Assembly: GCA_036021505.1 (NCBI GenBank)
Contig: JAYXVV010000009.1
Coordinates: forward strand, 5,600 to 69,599
Length of the DNA: 64,000 nucleotides
Direction: 5' to 3'
Source: Myxococcota bacterium
GTDB lineage: Bacteria > Myxococcota_A > UBA796 > CAJQPC01
Shown: piece by piece, positions 1-9,756 of the stretch
Layout of the letters: each line of letters begins with the position of its first letter
Numbering within the stretch: the first letter of the stretch is position 1
Made by a program: the position numbers and the translations under genes
Notes under the pieces: model-generated
Databases searched by the model: none
The model's input: only the letters and a program-made list of their open reading frames with translations
Told to the model about the DNA's origin: nothing

Positions 1-1
1 A

Positions 2-526
2 ACCAATCCTCTTGGACACGGCCACGACATCGAGCAGTGGGCCACCCACATTCCACTGGTGATCGCCGGCACAGGCAGCATGCACCTCGAATCCAGACGC
101 CTTGAACCGGTGGTTAAGATCTCCGACATTGGCCCAACCTTGCTCTCCCTTGCCGGACTGCCCAGCACCTTAGGGCACGGCCACGACCTCAGCGTTCTTG
201 TCGAAAACCCCGAGGAAACTCTGGGCCCGGTGTTCATGGAAGCCAGCAAACCGAAGCGTTTGGAGACCCCGGACCGATGGAACAACATCGGAAAAAAACA
301 AGGGGTTGTTGATGGCAATTTCCTCATGACTCACAGCCCCTTGCAGCGACCGACAGACCGGCTCTATGCCTTGGACCAGGCGGGGGTCATCGTTCAAAAC
401 CCAGAAGAGTTGGCGCGTCTTAAAGGCCTCCTGGTCGACTGGAACGACCAAGCGCCTCCCTCTCGGGAGGAGGCCTTCAGCGATGAGATGCATCAAGCTT
501 TGCGGGCCCTGGGCTACCTCGAGTGA
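2..526 (+). CDS. sulfatase-family protein, C-terminal fragment (5' end outside window)
   Basis: The frame is open from base 2. LGHGHDIEQWATHIPLVIAG resembles the C-terminal part of sulfatase/alkaline-phosphatase-superfamily enzymes. The stop overlaps the GTG start of the next gene. Confidence 0.55.
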   Translation, partial: TNPLGHGHDIEQWATHIPLVIAGTGSMHLESRRLEPVVKISDIGPTLLSLAGLPSTLGHGHDLSVLVENPEETLGPVFMEASKPKRLETPDRWNNIGKKQGVVDGNFLMTHSPLQRPTDRLYALDQAGVIVQNPEELARLKGLLVDWNDQAPPSREEAFSDEMHQALRALGYLE

Positions 527-1344
527 AAGCCCTGTTGCTCGACGGTCCGCTCGGTACCCAGCTCGGTGCCAAAGGCCACAAGCTCAATGCCCCGCTCTGG
601 AGCGCCAACGCACTGCTTGAGGCCCCCGAGGCCGTGCTGCAGCTTCATCTTGCCTATGCTGAGGCCGGCGCGGACGTCCTCACAGCCAACAGCTTTCGCT
701 GCCAACCTGGACGCCACCCCGAGTGGCGTACTCTTCTTCGACTCTCGGTTGAATTGGCTCTAGAAGCGGCCTCCGACACCGGCCGAGTTGCAGGTTCCAT
801 CGCACCCTTGGAGGATTGCTATCGTCCTGAACTGAGCCCAGAGGATGCCATCACAACCCATCGTGTGATGGCCAAGGCCCTGGTGGAGGCCGGGGCGGAC
901 CTCTTGCTCTGCGAGACCTTTCCTCACCCTCCAGAGGCCCTTCAGGCGGTTGAAGCCGCAGCGGAGACCGGGTGTGAGACCTGGTTGATGCTCACAGCAG
1001 GCCCCTTCGGCACATTGATGGAGCCCGGGGTTCTGCTTCAATGCGCCGAAAAAGCGCTCGAGAAAGGGGCTGCCTTGGTGGGCATCAACTGCACCTCCAT
1101 CCCCTCGCTTGGACCCTTCGTTGAAGCCCTCCAAGCCAGCGGTCTTCCATTTGGTATCTCTGCCAACGCGGGATCCCCTGAGGAAGGATTGGGGTGGGAC
1201 TGCCCCGAAAGAGAAGCCGCTGCTGCCTACAGCCGCCATGCGAGAGACTGGCTTGCGGCAGGCGCCCAGGTCATCGGGAGCTGCTGCGGCACCTCACCTG
1301 AACACACTCGGGCTCTCCGGGCCCTCCTCGACGAGACGCACTAG
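523..1344 (+). CDS. homocysteine S-methyltransferase family protein
   Basis: Hcy-binding domain motifs are present: LLDGPLGTQL, LWSANALL, AGADVLTANSF, GINC, GSCCGTSPEH. The GTG start at 523 overlaps the upstream TGA. Confidence 0.8.
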   Translation: MKALLLDGPLGTQLGAKGHKLNAPLWSANALLEAPEAVLQLHLAYAEAGADVLTANSFRCQPGRHPEWRTLLRLSVELALEAASDTGRVAGSIAPLEDCYRPELSPEDAITTHRVMAKALVEAGADLLLCETFPHPPEALQAVEAAAETGCETWLMLTAGPFGTLMEPGVLLQCAEKALEKGAALVGINCTSIPSLGPFVEALQASGLPFGISANAGSPEEGLGWDCPEREAAAAYSRHARDWLAAGAQVIGSCCGTSPEHTRALRALLDETH

Positions 1345-1541
1345 CCCCCGCCCACTGCGCGCACAATCTCCACGCGATCGCCTTCCGTGAGCCGTAGAAC
1401 AGGCCACTGGTCCCTGGGCACAACTTGACGATTCAAGGCCAAAGCCACCCCAGCCCCTGGTAAGTCAAGCAGCTGGAGCAGAGCAGCGAGTGTGATCTCC
1501 GATTCAACCTCCCTCTGCTCACCGTTGAGAAGGATCTGCAT
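1341..1541 (-). CDS. thiS: ThiS/MoaD-like sulfur-carrier (ubiquitin-fold) protein
   Basis: 66 aa ending in GG (EIVRAVGGG). The ATG lies 5 nt after the pilT stop. The stop shares the palindrome CTAG (1341-1344) with the convergent gene. Confidence 0.7.
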   Translation of the reverse strand: MQILLNGEQREVESEITLAALLQLLDLPGAGVALALNRQVVPRDQWPVLRLTEGDRVEIVRAVGGG

Positions 1542-1546
1542 TCTTC

Positions 1547-2599
1547 TCAGCCCTTTTTGAACAGGTTGGGGTCATTGGCCACTGAGATCGCCTGCTGGCG
1601 AGTCAGGAAGCCCTTTTCCACGGCCTCTCTTGCGGCATCGGCCATGGTGATCATCCCTTCACTCTTTGCTGTTTGGAGCACACTGGGGAGCTGATGGGTC
1701 TTGTTTTCTCGAATGATGTTTCGAACCGCAGGATTGGCCATCATGATCTCAAAAAGCGCCACTCGACCGGGTCGATGCACAGGCTTTACAAGAGCCTGCG
1801 ACACCACGGCCATCAATGAGGTCGACAGCTGGACCCGAATCTGTTGCTGCTGTCCCGCAGGAAAGACATCAATGAGCCGGTCAATGGTCTCTGGGGCTGA
1901 GTTGGTGTGGAGCGTCCCGAACACCAGGTGTCCCGTTTCAGCTGCCGTCAGTGCCAGTGAAATGGTTTCCAAGTCCCGAAGCTCACCCACCAAGATGACA
2001 TCTGGATCTTCTCGAAGAGCCGAGCGAAGGGCGGCTGCGAAACTGTGTGAATGCTGCCCCACCTCCCGCTGATTGATGAGACAGCGCCTCGGCGTATGCA
2101 CGAATTCGACCGGGTCCTCGATGGTGAGCACATGCTGCTGCCGAGTTTGATTGATGTGGTCAATCATTGCAGCGAGGGTGGTGCTCTTTCCGGAACCGGT
2201 GGGTCCGGTGACCAGGACAAGGCCACGGTGAAGATCGGCGATTCGACGAAAAATACGGGGGCCTTTCAAGTCATTCAGAGTCCAGATTTTCTCGGGCACC
2301 AGCCGCAGCACCATGCCGACACCTTTGATGCTGTGGAAGACGTTGACTCGAAACCGACCCAGGCCGGAACGACCGATCGAGAAGTCAATCTCAAGCTGGC
2401 TCTCAAAGGCGGCCTTCTGTTTCTCATTCATGATCGAGTAGGCCATGCGCTTTGCTTCGTCCTGCGAAAGCGCCTCTCCCTCGAGGCGACGAACCTCTCC
2501 CTCAATGCGCAACGCTGGGATTTCCCCAGCGGCAATGTGAAGATCGCTTGCCCCGCTTTTCGCAGCAAAACCCAACAGTTCGTAGATGTGAATCGACAT
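1547..2599 (-). CDS. pilT: type IV pilus twitching-motility ATPase PilT
   Basis: Walker A GPTGSGKST, DPDVILVGELRD, His box TGHLVFGTLHT. At 350 aa it is colinear with PilT. Confidence 0.9.
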   Translation of the reverse strand: MSIHIYELLGFAAKSGASDLHIAAGEIPALRIEGEVRRLEGEALSQDEAKRMAYSIMNEKQKAAFESQLEIDFSIGRSGLGRFRVNVFHSIKGVGMVLRLVPEKIWTLNDLKGPRIFRRIADLHRGLVLVTGPTGSGKSTTLAAMIDHINQTRQQHVLTIEDPVEFVHTPRRCLINQREVGQHSHSFAAALRSALREDPDVILVGELRDLETISLALTAAETGHLVFGTLHTNSAPETIDRLIDVFPAGQQQQIRVQLSTSLMAVVSQALVKPVHRPGRVALFEIMMANPAVRNIIRENKTHQLPSVLQTAKSEGMITMADAAREAVEKGFLTRQQAISVANDPNLFKKG

Positions 2600-2607
2600 G
2601 GTCCCTC

Positions 2608-3255
2608 ATGCTACCAGGGATGAGGCACGATAGGTTTGCTGTGATGCCGACTTCCCTGCGCGAACTCTACCGAGACCCACACCTGCTTGTCGTGGAGAAA
2701 CCCTTCGGACTCGCAAGTCAACCGACTCGAAAGCAAGGAAAGAATCTCTACGATCTCTTGTGCGAAACCGAGGACTATGTGGGTCTTCATCACCGTTTGG
2801 ATACCCCAGCAAGCGGCCTGATCTTGGTGGCCTTGGACCGCTCCATCAACACCCAACTCGCGAGCGACTTTCAGGCTCGGCGCATTGAGAGACGCTACCA
2901 GGCTGTAGTGGTTGGCCAGCCCCCTGAATCAGGAAGCCTCTCACAACCCTTGGACGGAAAACCCGCACGGACTCACTACACCCGCTTGGCCACCCACAAT
3001 GCCCTCAGTGTGCTTGAACTTCGTTTGGAAACGGGTCGCACCCACCAGATTCGAAGGCACACCGCAGAGGCGGGCTTTCCCATTGTTGGTGACCGTCGCT
3101 ATGGAGGCTCTTCGGGCCGACTGTGGAATCGCCTCGCACTCCATGCCACTTCCTTGCGTTTCATCCATCCCGTGTTCAAGGAGCCTCTCCACCTGCACTC
3201 CGAGATTCCGGCGGATTTAGAGGGCCTGTTCCAACCGATCCAAGAGGCCCCATGA
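2608..3255 (+). CDS. RluA-family pseudouridine synthase
   Basis: LLVVEKPFGLASQP and the catalytic HRLDTPASGLILVA motif are present, plus THQIRRH. The internal ATG at 2608 was chosen because the upstream part of the ORF overlaps pilT. Confidence 0.8.
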   Translation: MLPGMRHDRFAVMPTSLRELYRDPHLLVVEKPFGLASQPTRKQGKNLYDLLCETEDYVGLHHRLDTPASGLILVALDRSINTQLASDFQARRIERRYQAVVVGQPPESGSLSQPLDGKPARTHYTRLATHNALSVLELRLETGRTHQIRRHTAEAGFPIVGDRRYGGSSGRLWNRLALHATSLRFIHPVFKEPLHLHSEIPADLEGLFQPIQEAP

Positions 3256-4925
3256 ACACCTCTTCGCGAGCATTTTGGGGCCTCCTGATCGTTACTGTTC
3301 TTCTGTACGCTCCCCTCTGCTTGAGTGGAGAGTTCATCTGGGACGACCCCAAGCTTGTCGAACTCAATTCCTGGACGGGGAGCTTTTCGAACCTGGGCAA
3401 GATGTTTACCCAGGATCTGTGGGCCTCCACGCCCCTCGGTGCGGGAGAATTCTTCTACTACCGACCGGTCATGTTGTTGAGTCTCACCGTCGATCAAGCT
3501 CTGGGCTTGGGTGCTCCCGGCCACCGCATGCACTCGCTCCTCTGGCACCTCGCCTGTGTTGGACTGTTGATGCGACTGACTCGAGAGCTCAAGGCCTCTC
3601 CGATCGCACGCTTTGTGGGCATTTCCCTGTTCGCCATGCACCCGTTCCAGACCGAGGTGCTCGCGCATGTCGCCGCTCGAAATGATGCGATGGCCACCGC
3701 TGGAATACTCGGAGCACTCCTCCTTCTGCTGCCGAGGTCCCCCACGCGCCTTGCACTCTGCGGCGCAGCCAGCCTCATGGCTGTCGCTGTGTTTTCCAAA
3801 GAGAGCGCATACTTGGCCCCATTGCTCCTCTGGGGACTCGATCGACTGCGGTTTTCCAGCGCTGTCAATCCGAGTCGGTATGCAGCTGTCCTGCTGCCGA
3901 CCGGTTTGGCCTTGGGCCTCCGTTTCAGCCTCGGAGGAGGAGGACTTCCTGCACCCGAGAGCTGGCCGGCAGCCGCCAACGGCCTGGTCGACGGCATCGG
4001 TTTCTACCTTCAAAGTTGGGTGTTTCCCTGGGACATCACCCCCACTGTCTCCACCTCGGAGATGCAGATCTTCTGGCCCCTGAGCCTGATCGGGGCCGCA
4101 CTGTTGGTCGGAATTTTCCGTCTTAGCGGCCCCTGGGGGCACTGGGGATTTTTGTTGGCCTTGGTGGGTTTCCTCCCGGCTCTGCCTGGGCTCCTGCTGA
4201 CCGACAACACCGGTTTCCGATACGTCTACCTGCCTTTAGCAGGCCTGTCCGTTGCCCTGATCGCAGTGGTCGACCGCCTTCGCCTTCCTCAGCCAGCCTG
4301 GCTGCTCGCTCTTCCTCTCTTTTGGTTTGGAGCAAGCTCTGCCCAACTGTCCTCTTGGTCGAGTGATCGCGCCCTCTGGAGCCATGCTTACGAAGTCGCC
4401 CCGGGACTGCAAAGCGCCTGTGGACTCTTCAAGAGCATCGAATCCGAGGCCAAGGCGCAGCCTCTGGGAGAACATCGGGATCGACTTTTCGATGAGGCTG
4501 AACCGTGGTTGGCACGCGCATTGGAACCCCCCACACGCCCCTACTGCTGCCTCTCCGCATCGCGATGGATGTGGGAGCGCAACCAAAATGAGTGGATGCT
4601 CACTCGTCCCGAACCGGCCATCCAATGGGGAAGCCTGGCCTTGAAAAACGGCTGCCCAAGAACCGCAGAACTGGTGGTTCCCCTCTCGGTGTCCAATGCA
4701 CTGGCAGGGAATTGGAGTCTTGCTGAGCAACAACTCCAGGGCCTCCGCAGAGACCCTTATGGACTCCGCGACGTGGTCCTTGCCGCCGCATCACTGAAGC
4801 GCGGGGAACGCACTGCTCTTGAAGCGATTGCGGGAGAAAATCTTGCGACTCAGAGAGCCCTGGAGGAGCGCGCTCGCCTGCTGATTAGCGCGAGCGATGG
4901 AAATGCCGGGCTCACAGGAGAGTGA
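3252..4925 (+). CDS. polytopic membrane protein, PMT_2/TMTC-like (GT-C fold) with helical-repeat C-terminus
   Basis: The ATG overlaps the rluA-family stop (ATGA). It has about 10 hydrophobic helices. The FIWDD and FYYRPVMLLS motifs are typical of TMTC/PMT-like glycosyltransferases. The C-terminal 200 aa are soluble and helical. Confidence 0.55.
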   Translation: MNTSSRAFWGLLIVTVLLYAPLCLSGEFIWDDPKLVELNSWTGSFSNLGKMFTQDLWASTPLGAGEFFYYRPVMLLSLTVDQALGLGAPGHRMHSLLWHLACVGLLMRLTRELKASPIARFVGISLFAMHPFQTEVLAHVAARNDAMATAGILGALLLLLPRSPTRLALCGAASLMAVAVFSKESAYLAPLLLWGLDRLRFSSAVNPSRYAAVLLPTGLALGLRFSLGGGGLPAPESWPAAANGLVDGIGFYLQSWVFPWDITPTVSTSEMQIFWPLSLIGAALLVGIFRLSGPWGHWGFLLALVGFLPALPGLLLTDNTGFRYVYLPLAGLSVALIAVVDRLRLPQPAWLLALPLFWFGASSAQLSSWSSDRALWSHAYEVAPGLQSACGLFKSIESEAKAQPLGEHRDRLFDEAEPWLARALEPPTRPYCCLSASRWMWERNQNEWMLTRPEPAIQWGSLALKNGCPRTAELVVPLSVSNALAGNWSLAEQQLQGLRRDPYGLRDVVLAAASLKRGERTALEAIAGENLATQRALEERARLLISASDGNAGLTGE

Positions 4926-6288
4926 AGTAGCCCTTCGCCGCCAGGTCAATTCCCTCTGAGGTCATTTGCAGGGGTTGCCCCATGTACAAGCAACGGTTCT
5001 TGATCTGCAGAAGCAAGTCTCGTGGGTGACAACACCGCATGGCTCGACCGGGCTGCGTGTAGACGGTTCGAATCAGGTAGCTCACCGCGGTTTCATCATC
5101 TTGAAATCCCATGGCGCTGGCTTCCCGACGAAGCAGCTTCCGAAACATCCCAAGACTGGGATCGGGAACCTCCACCTTGTACGGGATTCGCCTGAGAAAG
5201 GCCTCATCCACCAAATCGCTGGGATCCAGATTGGTGGAAAACACCAGGAAGGGATCGAAGGGAACCCGCACCTTTCTGCCATTCGGAAGCTTGAGGAAAT
5301 CCACACGGTTCTCCAAAGGGAGGATCCAGCGGTTGAGGAGGGCAGCAGGATCGATCTGCTGGCGTCCAAAATCGTCGACCACCATCAGTCCGCAATTGGC
5401 CTTCAACTGCAACGGAGCCTCACTGACCCCTGTCTCCTTGTCTTCCTGGAGCTCCAGCGAAGCCAGAGTGAGCTCGCCACCCGCAATCACAGTAGGCCGC
5501 TCGCAGAGGATCCAGCGGCTGTCCAATCGCTCCCGAAAAGGATCCTCGTTGTCCCCATGCCCCTCTACCGCAACATGCACCTGGGGATCGTAGAGTTGAA
5601 TGATCTGACCTTCCATCATGATGGCATGAGGGATGTAGACACGGTGGCGATACGCACCGGACATTCGCATGGCCAACGAGGTCTTCCCATTGCCTGAATT
5701 TCCAAACAGGAACACACCCCGCCCACTGGCCATTGCCGGACCCAAGAGCGACAAAAGCTCGGCGTCCACAACCAGATCCGAGAAGGCCTTCTTCAGATTT
5801 ACCGGACCAATGTTCTCCTCAGAGAGCGACTGCAAAGCAACGCTTGCCTCGTAGGCATCCAAGGTCACTGGCGCCGGTCCGACATAGGGACTCAGCTTTC
5901 GTATGTCCTGGGCGAAGCTCCTCCCCGCCTCTGACAATTCAAAGTGGAAATCCGCACCGGACACCTCTGCGGTCGCATGAACCACCAGCATGCGACGCTT
6001 CAGATTGCTCAACACGGGCAGAACCAAGGAAGGATTGAGGCACAAGGCTTTGGCCACATCTCGTCCACTGGACCCCGGCATGGCCATGATCTGTTTGATG
6101 CAGAGGTGCTCTACGAAGGTCGGAGAAAGCCCCAAGTCAGCAAAAGTTCGCGGCTCTTCTGGGACAAAAAGTGTGCTGACGCGCTCTTTGGACGGACCCG
6201 AACCAATGAGTTTGCCTCCCGAACCCACCAACATGGTCTCCTCCATGAGGCTGATGGTGTCGAGATAGGGATTGGTGTCCTCGCTCAA
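4912..6288 (-). CDS. P-loop (AAA+-like) ATPase with N-terminal winged-helix-like region, function unknown
   Basis: Walker A GNSGNGKTS, Walker B LMVVDDFGRQ, sensor-like VFSTNLDP, FLRRIP. A TTG start at 6288 is preceded by GGAG, 12 nt after the recR stop. An alternative ATG lies at 6246. Confidence 0.6.
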   Translation of the reverse strand: MSEDTNPYLDTISLMEETMLVGSGGKLIGSGPSKERVSTLFVPEEPRTFADLGLSPTFVEHLCIKQIMAMPGSSGRDVAKALCLNPSLVLPVLSNLKRRMLVVHATAEVSGADFHFELSEAGRSFAQDIRKLSPYVGPAPVTLDAYEASVALQSLSEENIGPVNLKKAFSDLVVDAELLSLLGPAMASGRGVFLFGNSGNGKTSLAMRMSGAYRHRVYIPHAIMMEGQIIQLYDPQVHVAVEGHGDNEDPFRERLDSRWILCERPTVIAGGELTLASLELQEDKETGVSEAPLQLKANCGLMVVDDFGRQQIDPAALLNRWILPLENRVDFLKLPNGRKVRVPFDPFLVFSTNLDPSDLVDEAFLRRIPYKVEVPDPSLGMFRKLLRREASAMGFQDDETAVSYLIRTVYTQPGRAMRCCHPRDLLLQIKNRCLYMGQPLQMTSEGIDLAAKGYFTLL

Positions 6289-6300
6289 GAGCCGATCTCC

Positions 6301-6882
6301 TTAGACCTCGCGTCGATTCTCCAGTGCACGCATCAAGGATACCTTGTCCGCGTACTCGATCTCCGTTCCAACCGCGATTCCATGAGCCAGCCTGCTCGTC
6401 TTCACCCCCAAAGGCCCAAGCAATTTGGCAAGATAGAGCGCTGTGGTGTCTCCCTCCACATCCGGGTCGGTGGCCAAAATAATCTCCTCCACGCCTTCGA
6501 GTCGGGCGAGCAAAGACTGGATCCGAAGCTGATCGGGACCCACCCCATCCAGCGGCGAGAGGGCTCCATGGAGTACATGGTACCGGCCTCGAAATTCTCC
6601 AGAACGATCAATGGCGGCAACATCTTGAGGGCGCTCGACCACACAAATGACTCCATCGAGCCGATTCGGGTCGGTGCAGATCGCACAGGGATCCTCCGAA
6701 GAAATCATGCCGCAGCGTTGGCACTCCACAATGCTTCCACGCAGCTCTCCAATCGCTTGGGCCAACTCATCAACAACCTCGGCATCCGCTCGCATCAGCC
6801 ACCAGGTCAGTCTCTGCGCAGTCTTCTCGCCAATTCCTGGGAAACGCGAGAGAGCCAGAACACAACGTCGAATCGGGTCCAT
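6301..6882 (-). CDS. recR: recombination protein RecR
   Basis: HhH motif FPGIGEKTAQRL, Cys4 zinc finger CQRCGMISSEDPCAIC, and a Toprim region. The ATG at 6882 overlaps the dnaX TGA (ATGA). Confidence 0.92.
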   Translation of the reverse strand: MDPIRRCVLALSRFPGIGEKTAQRLTWWLMRADAEVVDELAQAIGELRGSIVECQRCGMISSEDPCAICTDPNRLDGVICVVERPQDVAAIDRSGEFRGRYHVLHGALSPLDGVGPDQLRIQSLLARLEGVEEIILATDPDVEGDTTALYLAKLLGPLGVKTSRLAHGIAVGTEIEYADKVSLMRALENRREV

Positions 6883-8765
6883 CAATCGTCCAGTGCGGTC
6901 ACCGACTCCACCTTGGCATCCAGGCGAGTCTGCAGGTCTTGGATCAGGGGATCGGCTTTTGTCTCGTCCAAGAGCGCTTGATCCCTCTCGCGCCGCATTT
7001 TTTCGACTGTCTCTTTGGCCGTGAGGGCTTCCGCATCATTCGGTCGGAGACTCGCACGGACCCTCTTGAGATCCTGAAAGAAGATCTGAGCAAACTGCAA
7101 GACCTCCACTTCACCACACAGTCCCTGCCCTCGCTTGAGCGTGCGCTCACTCACAAAGCCAAGCTCCAAAATGCCTGCCTCGTAGCCCAGCATCACAGAA
7201 CTCTCCGAAATGGTGCGGTAGCGGACTCCCGCCGCACGAAGATGATCCACAAAGCCTACAAAGCGCTCCTCATTGGTTGCCGAGGGCGAGACGATGGGCA
7301 CGGGTCGAGCGGGTGATTCAGGAGGAGGTTCCGGTTCCCTCGCCGGCTCAGGCACTGGAGGAACAGAAGATGCCTTCAGCGGCGCTGAGGGGGGAGTCGG
7401 TGGAGTCGGCGTGACGGCAGCGGGTGCACTCGGAGGAGGCACAGGAACTGCCGAGGCCACGGGGGTGGCTTCCGGCTCGGGCGGTGGAGCCAACGGTGGG
7501 GCAGGCACCGTCGCTCGGGATGCTGTCGGTGCGGGCGCAGGGACACGGGAAGACGCTGCGGGTTCAGGAGCCGAGCGGCGCCGATGGGCGGGTGCCACCT
7601 GGGGCTGCACTCCAGCGCCACGCAGCCGTTTCTCGATGCCCTCGAGTCGGGAAAGCAGGGCACCCACGGGTTCAATCGCCCTCGTAGAAGCCAGTCGAGC
7701 AACCGCCATCTCCAAGACCAATCGAGGGCGAGCAGACCGAGCAACGCGATCATGGACCTCCATCAGCACATCGAAATACTGGGAAAACACCTCGGCATTG
7801 ACGCCCTTGGAGAGTTCCAGAAGACGATTTCGCTCATCCTCGGTGATGTCCAGGAACGCCTTCGACGATGGGGCCAGGCTCGCCAGCGCTGCGTTTCGAA
7901 TCAACTCCAGAAGCTCCGAGGTGAACTGTGCAGGCTCGTAGCCATGCTCGTGCACCGTCGCGATCGCCTCGAGTGATTTCTCCGGCTCCGACTGGAGCAG
8001 GCCTTCGAGCATCTGAAAGAGAAGGCTGCGGTCGACGAGGCCGAGGATCTGCCCCACCTCCTCATCTTCTGCACTCTCCCCCACAAAGGCAATCACTTGA
8101 TCCAACAGTGACTGCGCATCCCGCATCGAGCCCTCACCGGCCCGAGCAATCATGCGGAGGGCCGAGTCGGAGAGATTCACTCCTTCGGCTTCGCAGATGT
8201 GCCTCAGGCGAGCGGCCACTACGCCCACAGAGATCCGCTTGAAGTCGAATCTCTGCACCCGCGAGAGGACGGTGTCCGGAATACGCTGAGGCTCGGTGGT
8301 CGCAAAGATGAAGACGACATGCGGAGGGGGCTCCTCCAAGGTCTTCAAGAGCGCGTTGAACGCGCCCTTCGACAGCATGTGGACCTCATCGATGATGTAG
8401 ACCCGGTACTGCCCCTTCGAGGGCAGGTACTGGATGGAGTCGCGCAACTCGCGAACGTTGTCTACGGAGTTGTTGGAGGCTCCGTCAATTTCCACCACAT
8501 CGGGTGAGACTCCACTCACGATCTCGGTACACGACGCACACACACCGCAGGGTGTTGGACGGATGCCTTCTGCACAATTCAGGCAGCGAGCGAGTGCCCG
8601 AGCCGCTGTGGTCTTGCCCACGCCTCGAGGACCGGTGAACAAAAAAGCGTGGTGAATCCGACCCTTCTTTAGGGCGTTGGTAAGCGTCCGCGTCACATGG
8701 GACTGTCCGGAGATCTCCTCGAAAGACTGAGGACGCCATTTGCGTGCAATTGCCTGGTAGCTCAT
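6882..8765 (-). CDS. dnaX: DNA polymerase III subunit gamma/tau
   Basis: YRKWRPQSFEE-type N-terminus, Walker A GPRGVGKTT, zinc module CGVCASC, SRVQRF, a Pro/Ala-rich linker and a tau C-terminal domain. Confidence 0.92.
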   Translation of the reverse strand: MSYQAIARKWRPQSFEEISGQSHVTRTLTNALKKGRIHHAFLFTGPRGVGKTTAARALARCLNCAEGIRPTPCGVCASCTEIVSGVSPDVVEIDGASNNSVDNVRELRDSIQYLPSKGQYRVYIIDEVHMLSKGAFNALLKTLEEPPPHVVFIFATTEPQRIPDTVLSRVQRFDFKRISVGVVAARLRHICEAEGVNLSDSALRMIARAGEGSMRDAQSLLDQVIAFVGESAEDEEVGQILGLVDRSLLFQMLEGLLQSEPEKSLEAIATVHEHGYEPAQFTSELLELIRNAALASLAPSSKAFLDITEDERNRLLELSKGVNAEVFSQYFDVLMEVHDRVARSARPRLVLEMAVARLASTRAIEPVGALLSRLEGIEKRLRGAGVQPQVAPAHRRRSAPEPAASSRVPAPAPTASRATVPAPPLAPPPEPEATPVASAVPVPPPSAPAAVTPTPPTPPSAPLKASSVPPVPEPAREPEPPPESPARPVPIVSPSATNEERFVGFVDHLRAAGVRYRTISESSVMLGYEAGILELGFVSERTLKRGQGLCGEVEVLQFAQIFFQDLKRVRASLRPNDAEALTAKETVEKMRRERDQALLDETKADPLIQDLQTRLDAKVESVTALDD

Positions 8766-8797
8766 GCTCTTTTGACTAACTCAAAGACGGAGAAAAT

Positions 8798-8925
<128 letters not shown>

Positions 8926-8931
8926 GCAGTG

Positions 8932-9019
8932 TGGCGGAGAGAGTGGGATTCGAACCCACGGTACGTTGCCGCACACTCGCTTTCCAAGCGAGCACCTTCG
9001 TCCACTCGGTCATCCCTCC
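8932..9019 (-). tRNA. tRNA-Ser (anticodon GGA)
   Basis: The reverse complement GGAGGGATGACCGAGTGG...CTCGC-TTGGAAA-GCGAG...GGTTCGAATCCCAC-TCTCTCC-G-CCA folds as a class II tRNA with a long variable arm. CCA is encoded. Confidence 0.9.
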
Positions 9020-9049
9020 ATTTCACACTGTCGCTCGCTCTCCAAAGGG

Positions 9050-9136
9050 CGGAGAGGGTGGGATTCGAACCCACGGTGGGCGTGAACCCACAGTAGATTT
9101 CGAATCTACCGCCTTCGTCCACTCGGCCACCTCTCC
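9050..9136 (-). tRNA. tRNA-Ser (anticodon CGA)
   Basis: The reverse complement GGAGAGGTGGCCGAGTGG...GTAGA-TTCGAAA-TCTAC...GGTTCGAATCCCAC-CCTCTCC-G has a long variable arm. It is followed by CCC, so CCA is not fully encoded. Confidence 0.9.
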
Positions 9137-9142
9137 TCGTTC

Positions 9143-9646
9143 TTATTGCGGCTTCTTTCTTTTGGCCCGAAAGAAAGCCTTGAGAAGTTCTGAACTTTCC
9201 TCGGCGAGCACACCCGCGACCACCTCAAATCGGTGATTCAGTACGGGGTGCTGACTCAAATCGTCCAGAGTCCCTAAAAATCCACCTCGAGGGTCAGTGG
9301 CGGCGTACACACAACGTTCGATTCGCGAGAGCACCATCGCACCCGCGCACATGGCACAGGGCTCGAGGGTAACGTAGACCGTGCACCCCTCCAGGCGCCA
9401 GCTTCCGAGCTTTTCCGATGCCATTCGCATGGCGATGAGCTCGGCATGGGCCGTCGGGTCTTGGTCCCTCTCTCTCAAGTTGTGTGCTTCCGCAATCACC
9501 TCACCGTTGCGCACCACGATGGCGCCCACCGGCACTTCATCGAGCTCTCCAGCCCGTCGCGCGAGCGACAGAGCCTGCTGCATGAAGTCTTCGTGTGGAT
9601 TGGAAGCGGGCATTTTCGTCCCGTCAAAGAGCAGTTGTGAGGACAT
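9143..9646 (-). CDS. tadA: tRNA adenosine(34) deaminase TadA
   Basis: CDA zinc motifs HAELIAMR and LEPCAMCAGAM. The start may instead be an internal ATG. Confidence 0.88.
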   Translation of the reverse strand: MSSQLLFDGTKMPASNPHEDFMQQALSLARRAGELDEVPVGAIVVRNGEVIAEAHNLRERDQDPTAHAELIAMRMASEKLGSWRLEGCTVYVTLEPCAMCAGAMVLSRIERCVYAATDPRGGFLGTLDDLSQHPVLNHRFEVVAGVLAEESSELLKAFFRAKRKKPQ

Positions 9647-9756
9647 GCGGATCTGCCTGGCCCCAGCCCTGCGGATCTATCCGGTCGCACCTCTCTGTCA
9701 ATGCGCTGTTCGAAGACACCCCCAAAAGAAGCCCAAATCGGATAGGGGACTCCCCG

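Noticed and set aside
6998-7003. A-run (GAAAAAATG on the coding strand) in dnaX as a possible programmed frameshift site for a gamma subunit
   Set aside because: It lies about 40 codons from the C-terminus, far downstream of where gamma is truncated. There is no A-AAA-AAG heptamer with a downstream hairpin in the appropriate region.
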